Notes under the pieces: model-generated
What the model was told of the DNA's origin: nothing
Seen by the model: the letters and a program-made list of their open reading frames with translations, nothing else
Database searches by the model: none
Origin: Gordius albopunctatus
Lineage: Eukaryota
Assembly: GCA_964276515.1 (NCBI GenBank)
Contig: OZ193909.1
Coordinates: 14,880,001 to 14,944,000 of the forward strand
Direction: 5' to 3'
Length of the DNA: 64,000 nt
Program-made: the position numbers and the translations under genes
Shown here: positions 25,225 to 37,842 of the stretch, piece by piece
Layout of the letters: each line of letters begins with the position of its first letter
Position numbering within the stretch: the first letter of the stretch is position 1

Positions 25225-26457
25225 GTATTCTTTGACCAAGATATCAGAGTTTAACCCATTATAGTTTTTGGTGATTTATACTCAACCGGTCTAATGCTCA
25301 AGTAATCTAATGCACAAAAATTGTAATTTAAACATTATTAGATAAGTAAATCTCTAACCCTAACCCTATAAAGTATTGCAAATGAATATTAACTTATTAT
25401 AAAGCATTTAATCTAACCTATGAAAGAAAATAATAAAAAATTTGAACTTCATATATTATATGCCTAATATGAAAGAAAATATATATGCAGCAATAAAAAA
25501 GCTAATCTTCCTATATTATATGCTTAATATATGTTTTTGCAACCTTTTAAAGCGTTTTTAACATGATTAAACATATAATTAATTAGTTATAAGCATTCTT
25601 TGCAAATTTTAGATTACTTGAGCATTAGATCACTTGAGCAAATACGGTTTTTAGTTATCAATCCATACCTTAGATGCAACACTAAATGTTTTCCATATAA
25701 TTAACTCCATAATTTATGTTATTTAGATGGTGGATCTCTTACCCAAGATTTTAGACTAAGTCTATAATGGCTTCTATTTTAATAATCAATTCTTTCCTTA
25801 AGATTAAGCTTTAAATTTAAAAAAAACCATAAATTCATATTAAGTTTCTATTCATAAGGTAGAGATAACGCTAAATGCACTGCGAAAAATTTAATAATGA
25901 AAGAGTAAGGCGGTTATACTTCTTTTTTAGGATACATGGTGTGTAGAAATTTAAATGTAAGATTTAGGGAAGAAAAATAAAATATTATCAATTTATACTC
26001 CAATATAAAATAATCTATCATATTCTTGTATCTTCTTTAAGTAGTTTTTTATAAGTTAAATATTATGCAAATTTAATTTTATAATCATATGTGCGACATC
26101 CATCCATCGTTAACACTTAATTTCTCAGTTGGACGTTTCAAAGTTGACTCGGATTCGAAGCAACTATCTAAGGCTACGTCGTAATACTCGCTAAAACTTC
26201 AAGACGGCAATTTTTTTTCTGTCTAAGTACGCGCTTCACGTTTCATGGATAAAATTACTTTATTAATCATTTTATTTGTTTAGGATTGTCAAGTTTAGAA
26301 AATAAATATACATTATCCACTTAATATATTGTTGTTAATGTTTAGGATTGTCTAGTATAGAAAATAAATATACATTATCAACTTAATATATTGTTATTAA
26401 TGTTTAGGATTGTCAAGTTTAGTAAATAACTATAATTAAGCTTATAATACTTAAAAC

Positions 26458-26959
26458 TACTGGTGGGAAAACGCTTAGCACTAGCGCGCTTAGCACCTCC
26501 CCGCTGATGGGAATAGCCTATTAAATACGCTATGTCTACTAGCACATAGTCACTTTAAAAGATATAAGCTATAGGAGATGGGAGGTTTGAGGTGTTAGAG
26601 CTATGGGAGGTTTGAGGTGCTATGAGCTATAGGAGATGGGAGGTTTGAGGCGCTATGTGCTATAGGAGTAGCGCATTTAAGTGCAATCGGCTATAGCACA
26701 TAGCACCTCAAACTCCCATCTCCTATAGCACATAGCACCTCAAACTCCCATCTCCTATAGCACATAGCACCTCATACCTCCCATCTCCTATAGCACATAG
26801 CACCTCAAACTCCCATCTTCTATAGCTTATAGCACCTCAAACCTCCCATCTCCTATAGCTTATAGCACCTCAAACCTCCCATCTCCTATAGCTTATAGCA
26901 CTTAAAGTGACTATGTGCTATAGCTTTAGCTCCTTAAAAACGCTATTTCCCCATCACTA
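26458..26959. mobile_element. hAT-like MITE filled with 28-29-bp tandem units in two opposing orientations
   Basis: TSD CTTAAAAC (26450-26457, 26960-26967), termini TACTGGTGGG/CCCATCACTA. The unit GCTATAGGAGATGGGAGGTTTGAGGTGCTAT occurs about 3 times forward and about 7 times reversed. Confidence 0.85.
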
Positions 26960-28108
26960 CTTAAAACTCCTATAAAAACAAAGCTTAAAAAGGCTGAAAA
27001 GATAGCTCAGTGTATTTGTTCACTACAAAATTTACTGATAATAAAGATTTGCCTATATATGATTATGAGATTAATAATAACAATACTCAGCAAATAACAG
27101 TTGAAAATATCTTTCAACCCAACAAGCTAGAGCGATTTGAGATATTTGTTCATATTCCAATAATTTAAATACTTTATTCATATATAAATACAAGTTTTGT
27201 AAAACCTTTATTAATAAAAATATATTGGGATCAGATAAGCCTTTAAAATCTTAAAGTTTGGATGAAATTTAGCATATATTTTAAGATATATCAATTTTAC
27301 CTTAATTTCAAGAATTTCCACTTATGACATGGCGACTTTCTAGATGACTTCGTGATATTAATGTAAAAAAACAGCTGTTCGGCAGTCTATGTTATTATTA
27401 GTCTATGAATATACTAATAAATATCACCCCTCCTAAAAATATGAATAAGGTATTACCCTGACCATAAACCATACCTTGGTAGCTGTAAAGCTACTTGACC
27501 TTCCTGTCAATCCAATTAATTGTTTATTTTTAAAATGATCTTAAACATGGACGTAGCCAGCAGTAGAATTAGAGGTGCCAAAAATGATTCAGGGAGGGGC
27601 AAAATGATTATTTTTTTAAATTTTAGCCCTATTTTAATAAATTTAAACAAGTTTTCCTCTCCCTGCTTTACCCTCCCCCCTTGGCTACGTCAATAGTCAT
27701 AAGCAAAATTATGATAATACTAATAAATGACGAGATAAATATTTAGAATATATCTTGCAGCTCTTTGTAAACATAAAGCATCTATTATTACGAGACTTAT
27801 GGGTATATTCTTACTTTAAATCGAACTAATCTTAGCTTAAGATTCAATTCAATACATACATTTAAAAGTCTAGGAAGTTCATAGGAAAATTGATATAGAT
27901 GACGCGACAGGCTGAGAAGGGCTATCTTATAATTTTATGTTAACAAAAATCCTAAGATGCCCATGAATTTAAAATGTCGAATGACAACGATCTCTACACA
28001 TAATCCAAACTCTTTATACACTGGTACCTTAAATGTAGCTTTATTTAACAGCTGTTTTATCTTTTCCGTTAATCATCTGAGAAAAATGTGCCAATTTTTA
28101 TTAAAAAT

Positions 28109-31100
28109 ATGGTAGCACTCGATCAACAGGCTCCTTCTTTTTCTTTGTCAGATTCAATTCGGAGCAAATTAAATAAGAAGCCGTTTAACTTACAAGAAAA
28201 AATTGTTTCGCGAGCCCAAAAGGTTCTATCCAGCAAAATTTCATTTGCATTAGGAAAACAGCAATATTCAAATTCCTTGCTTAAATTAAAGTAATAGATG
28301 TAAAAAAAATTTAAATTATGTTTAGAGCAAAATATGGAATATTAAAATTAAAAAATATAGAAAATATGCAAGAAAAATCTCAAAGTAATTTCTAGAAACA
28401 TATGCTTTATAAATATATTAGTTGAAATTAATGATGGCATCCCCAGACCACAGCATGTAATTTTTCCTTCAGAAAATATTGAGCTTACCTGGTCTAATCA
28501 ATTCAAAGTCATTGGATCAGGTTTAGCTAATATGGGAAACACCTGTTATTTAAATTCCACCCTTCAATGCTTAACTTATACCCCACCACTGGCAAACTAT
28601 GTTGTCAAATATTCTCACTGTGAACAATGTAATTTTTCTATATATTTACTCTTTTATCTAATTTTAGGTAAAATTCAAGGATTTTGTATGATTTGTGAAA
28701 TTTGTAAACATATCAAATTTTCCCTTTCTAAAGTTTATAATGTCTATAAACCACTCAACATTTTGAGAAATCTGAAATGTAAGATACTAAATTAAGATTT
28801 AAATTTATATCTAAATAGGTATTGCAAAACACTTTAATTCTTACAAGCAAGAAGATGCTCATGAATTTTTTATTCACATAATAGAGGCTTTACATAATAG
28901 TGGAATAAATGGATATGCCAAGTAAGTATTGAATTGATATATTCAAATTTAATTAAAAATATTAGTTATATAAATTAATACTATTTATGCAATTGCTATT
29001 AATATTTAAACATATCTCTATAATTTCTTTTTCATTTTTTAAATAATGTGAATGTTAGCTATTCATTACTCATTTATTATTATTTGTTTAGACTAGACAA
29101 ATATAGCAAACAAACAACCCTAATAAATCAAATTTTTGGTGGTTATTTGCGTAGTAGAGGTATGTTTATATGCATTTAAAATAATTTAAAACTGTTTTCA
29201 ACTATATTTTTTTGACAGTCATTTGTAAAGTGTGTCATCAGCCCTCAGATTGTTATGACCCATATGTTGATATTAGTTTAGATGTGAAAGTAATTAACAA
29301 ATTACTAGAAGTGTAATTATATTTTTTATTAAGGGAAATTCAAACTTGCAATATGCTTTGAAACATTTTGTCAGTCCTGAACTTATTCAAAATGACAATG
29401 CCTATAAGTGTGAGAAGTAAAAAAAAGCTATAAGAAATATTTTATACCTAATTCAAATTTCACATAAAAAAATTTATATTGGATTACATCAAGCTAATTA
29501 AGGGAATTAATAATTAAATTTTTTCCTTTTATATATCATCCTTGAAAATCAGAAGCTTATATATATGAATTATTTTTGCAGGTGTAAAGTTAAAGTTCCC
29601 GCTATAAAACAAGTTTCCATACATAAACCTTCAAATGTGTGCGTGTTTCATTTGAAACGCTTCACCTCTTCTGGTCACAAAATAAACCATTTTGTAGAAT
29701 ACCCTGAAAAATTGAACCTTACACCCTACCTCAGTCCAGAAAGACAAGTAACTCTATATCCTAAAATTAATAAGTGCACGTTTGAATAGTTTTTATATTA
29801 TATGCAATGTTTATTTTTCTAGCAAGGAGCCACAATAACTTATCAATTATATGCAGTGTTGGTACACAGTGGTTCATCAACACATTACGGGCATTACTAT
29901 TGTTTTTGTAAGGGCCAAAATGGATTTTGGTACCGGCTTGATGATGCTAATGTAATTATAAATTCTTACTGTTTTTTACCTGTCAGAAAGAATTGACTGC
30001 ATTTCTATATTGTATAATATGTAACCACTCGATAGATACCAATTTTTTCTATTTTTACAAATTAAACAAATAATTTATAAATTACATATCTCACCTTCAC
30101 AAAATATGTCATTTTCAAATAAATTTGTATTTTGGCAATACTCCCTGATTTTTATATTTTATTCTAAATTGCAATTGCTTAAAAATTCAAACTTTGGATG
30201 AAATAATTGTTAAGGTGTATGTCAATATTTTGTCTATTATAATTTATAGCATATTTTGGAATTTAAATGTACCCTATTTCTGGTCATTATTTATTATATA
30301 CTATGCAGGTGTCTCAAATATCAGTTGCTAACGTGTTAAGACAAGAAGCATACATCCTCTTCTACATAAAAGACCAACCCACAACTACTAGTGTGAGATA
30401 CATGGAAATAAAACATTTAATTTCATTAAATACATAAAATTTATTATACAGTAGCAACTAGTGCAGATTGTATGCTCATCTATTTATACCTAAATAATTG
30501 CTTGTAAAACTTTTTACATGTTTTAATTTATTAAAACAAAAAGTTAAATAGTTTTTGTAATTGTGGAATATATTAAACATGGTTTTATTAGCCTATGCCA
30601 CTAATCCCGGTCAACGTCCAGAAAAAGGCACCCATCATAGCCAACAACACTATCCAGGCTGCCGCATATCTCCCCACCAGTAAAATTTCTAACCGATTTA
30701 TCTGATTTTTTACCTCATTTAATTTAATTTGCATAAATTGTTAGTTATAATTAAACTTTTAGAATAATCAACCTTTTTTAGGCATAATTATGGAATTTGA
30801 GCCAGTCATATTTATTCAAGGGTAGCTTTAGACAATATCCTAAGGCTAATTTTAATTATATCGGGAAAAGTTTATGCTTCTACGACATGACCCAGCTCTA
30901 AAAGAATAAAATCAAAACAACGACGGTTTTTGCTAAATTTTTACATTGTAATTATATAAGTTTTACTTATATACTAGAGTCTGAAAATATTACACACAAA
31001 GAGTTATTCCATTTGTTTATTGTTATACTTTTAACTAACGCAGGAGTGCTAACCCCATCTCAAGCCCCGCCCAAAAAGACAGTGCCCACCTTCCAAGGCT

Positions 31101-34100
31101 GTGCGAATAAGGCACCCCCTCTGGTTCCCTACCCCGACTCTCCACCCCCTCAACTGCCCGGCAAGGCGCAAACTAGCCCCGCTCCAAGTGTTTTGGCCAA
31201 CCAGCGAGGAGAAATTGGGAATAAGTCATCTACTCTCGTCCCCGTCAAGCATTATTCGCCCTCTAACGTGGGTATCATCAGGACGAACCCGCACGAAAAA
31301 GTTTGTTTTACCCTGAAACCTAGACTGCTCAATGCTCCCGCCTCCGACAACAATATTAGTAAAGCTAGCCGTCTTGTCGGCACTCCTCCTAGCGTTAAAG
31401 AGCCCCTTCCCGTTCGAGAAATACCCTTGCCTCAGGTATTTATTGGAAATTTTTCATAGATTTTAGCGGGTTTTGGTATTATAAAGGGTGTTATAATTTA
31501 TCAAGCACCACTTATGCGGGAGTAAGTTTTCGATTGAGAGTTGCCTTTTATGGAACTTAATAGTCCTGCCTGTCCGATTTTATGTAATAATTTGTTTTAT
31601 TTCGAAGAATTATGTGGAACGATAATTGATAAAAGTAGATTGGAAATTTAAAAATTTCTCTTTACACGGACCCAAGTTGCTAGTTTAAGCGGGGGCAGAT
31701 ATGTGGAAATGAGAAATTAACAAGGTAGCACCTAGATACGTGGGCGCAGTCGGGGGGGGGGGGGGGGCAGGGAGTGACGGCTGTCCCCTCTGAATCCAAA
31801 AATTTGGTGAAATTTATTAAAATTATGGCTAAAAATTGAGAAAATGATGATTTTGCCCCTCCCTAAATCATTATTTCCCCCCTCTAAACCCATGGTGGAT
31901 AAGTGGAATGATGTAATTGCTATTATTTTTTTAATTTAGCTATGACGTTTAATTTAAATCTCTTGTTATACTCTTCCATACACAGGTCTCTAGAGCTTTA
32001 TAATTAAGACGAAAGTACCTACTTTCTAAATAATACAATAACATTATATGTCCCATTCGATGTCACTCAATTTTCGACTGACAATGTCAGATTTGGATAA
32101 TTTTTGGTGAGGGTGTAGGCCTCATATACGGTTTCTTTACCCTAGATTTTTCAAAAGTTCCCTCAAATTCGCATTAAAAACCAATTTTGACCGAGAAATG
32201 TAGAATTGTTTACAAGCTCAAAGATTTAAAGAAGTTAAAAGACAAAATTACTATCAAATTGCTTAATTACTCCTAAATTATTTGCATTTTCATAATTAGA
32301 TTTCTTAACAATTATCGGGCCAGTTTTACCAAGATTGCTTAAACGTTACACTAAAGAAATTATAGGGAATTTAAAATTCTCAATTACCACCGTATTGTAT
32401 ATCAGGCTACGCGGTCGATCAATGAGCTCCCAGCCATTCAACCGGATAGCGCTAGGAGTAGGGATAAAAGCTCTGTTGAGCAGCAAGGCACCCCGCCACT
32501 ACCTCCTTTCCCGGCCCCACCTCAGCCCTCCTTGGATTCTGAAGACAGAGGGGACGAGACGAAGAAACGGAAGAAAAAACACAGGCACAGGCACAAACAC
32601 CTGCACCACCACCATCAGCACAAACGCCTCAAACAGCAGTCTCCTTCTGCTAGTAGTAGCCCGGGGAGAAAAAGTTGCACTCCGTCGTCCCCTCCAGCTT
32701 TATGCCCTCCTCGCGCCGACACCATGAATTTAACGAATAATCTCGGTAGTAAGGCGCTCTACTCCTTTCCCTACCGAAAAAACGACAGACCCCCTCTTGC
32801 CGGTTCGATATAATTAATTTCATTTATTAGTAGTAGTATTGATTAGTGTTGTTTTAAAAACGGCTGGGTCCTCTAACCCCCACTTTTGCTTTAACTAAGC
32901 CTAAAGGTCAACTCTGAACACTATTAATGATATACGCCTATGGCTTGTCTCAATCCCGGATTTCGCTAGCTAAAATCATCGTTTGGGGTATAACGTAGGC
33001 GTTTCTTAATTTTGGAGTTACACCTTGCACCCATAGTGGCGAATGATGCAAAATTACCGTGTCCTCCGAATAAGTCACGTTTATGATATTTCGTCTTTTT
33101 TCCCTGCTGTTTTTAAACGGAAGTAATAAAATTAATATTGAACTATGGTTTGGACTTTGGAACATCCGACGTTGAGACAGGCCCCCAGAGTTTCTTAATT
33201 CTCGTCGCTTTGATGAGAGCGATTAGCCATTTAAATGTAGGCCTTATTTGGGGTTGGATTATTTAGTGATTCTTGTGGAATGCAACCCTTTTTGTTAACA
33301 CGGTGACTTTTTTGAGGCTTTTACAGGAAATGGGGGGGGGGGAATCAAATGCTAGGCAATCATCAAATTAAGCCTCACCTATTCTAGTTCATAAAATGGC
33401 AACGAGCATTTTACAACCACCCCATTACGAAATGTTTTAAATAAATTATTATGTTAAACTTCGATAAAATTACCCTTTTATAATTATATAGCCATACAAT
33501 AATTACATGTTGAATATAATACATTAATCAGGCGAGATAGTTGCCTCCGCGAACGGTGCTTCTCCTTTACACGGCAATACAACTTTGCCCCCTAAAGATT
33601 GCCCTGCCCAAAACAATGGCGACCACAATGAGAATTCGCGCACACAAGTTAAAGCAGAAACATTAAAGATATTCCTGAATCGAGAGTCTAAACTTTCGAT
33701 GTACAATTCAAAAGGTTTGATACATACTTTAAATTGCCTAAACATTAATAAAAGTCATAATATTTACCTTGTTTTTACCGAGAATCTGTTTGTTTTTTAA
33801 CCTAGTGAAAACTTGGGATGATAATTCGAATCCTTCCCAAGAAGGATCAAATCATTCACCGTTACAGCCAGAAAAGGCTTACACCAATGGTTTAAGTCCA
33901 TCACACGCGGAAAATAAGGTAAGTAACCACTAGTATATTTGTCAAATGGGGTCTGCCTCGAAAATTTATTTTTGTTAAATTATAATTCCATGTCGTTTCG
34001 TCAAAAAAAGACGATTTTCGGCCGACCATCTCAGATCGAACTTATTTTTTGTGAGAATGTGGACCCTATGGGAAATAATAATTTCTGAAAATTTTAGCCA

Positions 34101-35178
34101 TTTTGGGCCAATACATTTTAAGTTATGGACGCTAAAATGGCGGCCCTTTAATAATAAAGTATAGTTAAAATATCTGATCCGTAATAGTTGTTTATAGCGC
34201 CACCTATAAATTAATTTAATTTATTAGTGTTTTTTCGATTTCCTAACCACCCCATACCCGTCCCCAAACTTTTTATTTTAGAAATTATATATTTGGGCAT
34301 AGGGGAATCATCCCGATGGTGAATTTTGTGATTATAGCTGCTGGCGAAGTAGGTTTTTTTAGTTTTCAACAAAACTTTAACCAGAAAAGTTTTAGGTTTT
34401 TGCTTCAATTTTTCTGGTAGAGAATTTCATAAGGATTAAAATGCACTAAAATATACGAAGCTAGCACCAATACTTTTGAAATTATGACAATATTAGTAAA
34501 ATTTGTAAAACGCACTCGAGCAAGATTTTGGCCATTTTAGGGTCCATAACTCAAAAAGTATTGTCGCAAAATGGGTAAAATTTTCAGAAATTACTATTTC
34601 CTATAGGGTCTGAATTCTCACAAAAAATAACCTCGATCTGAGATGGTGTACCGAAAACGTTTTGATATGTCATGGAATGGCGGCCCAATTAACTTCAATT
34701 AAGTCGTTCGTTTTTTCAAATCATTTTTTGTAATTTTTGCTGAGTATAATTGATGGGCTCCTCAATATACTCATTTAAATCCAATTTTCCCGATCTTTAG
34801 CTACGAATAATTTTGATCACTAGATCAAATTTTGGCTAAAATCAAAAAATGACTGAACTATTAATTAAGTTAAACAAAAATCAACTTTTGAACTTTAATC
34901 CGATCGTCATTAATTTATGAAATTCTGGAATTATACAACTTGAATTTTAGTTGTGAACAAGAATAAGCAATATATTTTCCCCGTTTCCCACCATTAATCT
35001 CAAATATTTTTCCAACGTATTAGAAATTCGCTTTTTGACGATCTAAACACTTTATATAAATATACAAATTTTATTTCGCGTTTAGTTCAAGAAAATAAAA
35101 TCCGTCAAACCTAAGCCTTACAATGGAAACCCATTTCAATCCTACGTCGATTACCAAAACCGAAATCGCGGTCCTTAG
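28109..35178 (+). CDS. USP36: Ubiquitin carboxyl-terminal hydrolase 36/42 family (multi-exon; last exon 35086-35178)
   Basis: N-terminal AQKVLSSKISF..LKLKAKY, DGIPRPQHVIFP, Cys box GLANMGNTCYLNSTLQCLTYTPPLANY, QEDAHEF, His box LVHSGSSTHYGHYYCFCK...WYRLDD, a basic/His-rich tail, and a final exon FKKIK...NPFQ resembling the USP36 C-terminus. Confidence 0.9.
33985..34687. mobile_element. Intronic MITE with long (about 150-bp) imperfect inverted repeats
   Basis: ACCATCTCAGATCGA...TAAAATGGC (about 34026-34141) is inverted at about 34531-34647. Confidence 0.75.
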
Positions 35179-36060
35179 CATAATATGTTCTCGTCCGAAT
35201 CATTTCATTTGCTCGGTAGTTAAGCGACCCAATGGATGAACAAAAATCGATGGACCTTGTTTATTTATATGTATTGGATGCGATGATGATTATCGGCTAA
35301 ACTGGCTGTTTTGGATCTCAGCTAAAAATAAGGCACTTCACCAATTCAGTTTTCGATATATTAACTTTAGACATCCGTTAACAAAAAAATAACACATATG
35401 GTTGATGTGCCTATGAGACCTTTATTTATGCTGGAATGTCAGCACTAATTGGATTTAATCGTGCGGAATGTTAGTTATACCTTCGCTGATCACTCATGAT
35501 TAATGGGTGAAATGTTTATTTTGCGTACTTTGTATATTTTGATTTCCCTTTTTTGGTCGTCCTCAAAAAATATGTCGTTTAATAATTTCAAGCTAACACG
35601 GGAAAATTTTTTTAACCTAATGTGTAGAAAAATGAAATCATTTTGGCCCTCATGTAGTATGATCGAAATCAATCGGCAAACTGTTTGCAGATTCTTTATA
35701 AATCAAATTTATTAAATTAAAAATATTAGCGATTAACTTGCAAGTTATTGCGTTTAAAAAACATCAAAATCGCTGTTTTTAGTAACTTTGGCAGCAAATA
35801 TTTCGAAATTTGACGTATATGGAAAAAAATTAATAATATATTCGTGTCCCCCGCGAAAAGCTCCATCAAAATCTGCAAACAGTTTGCCGGTTGATTGTTG
35901 TTAAACCGTGATATTATTTGGGTAAAACGGAAAAGGCTCAGGATTGCACAGGCATATATATTTTTTGAGAACCCTTTACCAATTTTTTGCAAGTATTTTT
36001 ATAAATTTAATTTTACAATTTGAAATGCTGAAGTCCAAAACAAATTTTATAATCTTATAT

Positions 36061-36938
36061 AGGGGAGACCGGGGCTAGTCGTAGCTAGGGGTTACTATTA
36101 TCTTTGTAATTATTTTTAAAAATTATAATGATATATTATTAAAATTTAAACCTATGTGTATGTTTTAATAAGGTATAAGTAAAAAAATTTTTGTTTAGAA
36201 AAATAAAATTTAACATTTTTATGGATGAAAAACTTGACAAAATTTTGTATTTTGCACATAAAATTTTTTTAGATTTATTTTTGGACTAATTTAAGTTTTA
36301 TCTTATAAAGGCATATTTTTTATATAAAAACCGCCTAATGATTAAATTTTTATTCACACTATAACATGTTCAATTATTAATTGTTCATAAAAATAGGTGT
36401 CGGGCTAGTTATAGCCATTTTTCATTGGGCCTTACAAATGAAAAAATTTAAAAAACAAAAATCTTGTTTATAATTCAACTTAGTGTAATTAGGAATAGAA
36501 ATAGACTATGATTATACTTAAAAAAACGACTAAAGTTTTTTTACATAGCAGAATATGTCTTTTAGGTGTACTTAAGTCAGATTCTCATCTTGACCCTTTT
36601 TTATTTTTATTATATAAAATACAATCATATTACATTTAAATTTTCTATGTTTTATTTTTATATAATGTAACAATATTTTGATTGATTTAAATTAGCATAC
36701 ACTATTAAGAAGTTAAAACGTCAGGGTTAATTTATCCCCTGAACAGAGCTATAACTAACCCCGGGAACTTTTGAAATTTCTAGGATTTTTGATTTTTTAA
36801 ACTCAATTTATGAAAAAACTATAAGCACTTTTTTCTCAATTTTTTCTCTTATATTAGAAATAAACTATAAAAAAGTATTCCAATAAAAAAATTATAAAAA
36901 ACTTTATTAGTTTTTTTAAGACGCTCTAGGTCTCCCCT
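36061..36938. mobile_element. Non-autonomous DNA transposon with AGGGGAGACC TIRs in a TA(TA) target
   Basis: TAT|AGGGGAGACC...GGTCTCCCCT|ATA. Confidence 0.7.
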
Positions 36939-36950
36939 ATATAAATTATG

Positions 36951-37153
36951 CAGGGGCGTAGTGGGTAGGTTTAGTCTTTGAAGCAAGAGCTCGCAGGTTC
37001 AATCCCGCCTCTGCCACTTATTTCAAAAAAGATTAAAAATCACATCGTCAACACGGCTGTCAGCCCTGGATAGCCGAGCATCACCCCTTATCCAAATATC
37101 TAAAGAGGCTGACCACCTTAGTGTGACAAACAGCTATTGGAAATTTTTATATA
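36951..37153 (+). mobile_element. tRNA-derived SINE
   Basis: A-box-like GGCGTAGTGG, B box GGTTCAATCC, a non-tRNA body, a (TA)n tail and flanking direct repeat TATAAATTATG. Confidence 0.7.
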
Positions 37154-37842
37154 TATATAAATTATGTAAATTAAGGTTAGTGAATGTGATTGCGTTCAAT
37201 CGATACAGATGGTTTTATGGCCATGATCCTTAGAACATCGGTGATCCACCAAAAAGTAGTTAATCTAAAATTTAGAAAGTAAATTTTCATCAAGTTGTAT
37301 AACCTATTCTCCCTTAAGGCAAAATTAAATTTAAAAAGGCTGATAAAAAGATAAACAGACTTAAGTTAGCCGATTAAGGGTAGAAGCAGCAAATAAAGTT
37401 TGGAATTTTAATCATTGGCTTATATGACGAGTCCAATTTTTCTGAGGCATTTTTATTCAAAACGACAAAAATATTTTGGGACTTAAAAATATTAACACCT
37501 CAGAATTAAAATTGTAATTAGGTTTAAAAATTTTAAGCCCAAATATGTTTGAAAGGCCTTGTTTTTCCTAACGCTAAATTGAAATCACCGATTTTCCCAG
37601 TAAATTGAAAAGGATATGTTATGCTAATATAAATTTCGCTTGTTTTAGAACGGTAAACCTTGAACAGATAAAAGTTTATATTATCATTTATTACATAGTA
37701 TAATGTAATACACGTATGCATAATTATAGCATTTTATAACTAGCATTAAATTTAATCCTGGTTAACGTCAAAGTATATATTTTTATGAACTAACATTTCT
37801 TAATAAATAAATTATTTTAGAACGAAATTAGAGAGGAAATCT

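Larger units (their letters stand above)
24243..27407. mobile_element. 3.2-kb non-autonomous element with CATAGACTAA TIRs (P-like), containing a nested solo LTR, a hAT MITE and short tandem arrays
   Basis: 8-bp TSD AATATACT (24235-24242, 27408-27415). The right end matches that of the 21896-22204 MITE. Confidence 0.75.

Noticed and set aside
26560..26900. CRISPR-like regular repeats of about 29 bp
   Set aside because: The units are directly tandem with no unique spacers, lie inside a TSD-bounded MITE, and the context is eukaryotic with no cas genes.
36951..37020. Functional tRNA gene
   Set aside because: The acceptor and anticodon stems pair poorly, and the sequence continues into a body with a TA tail and TSD, which fits a SINE.
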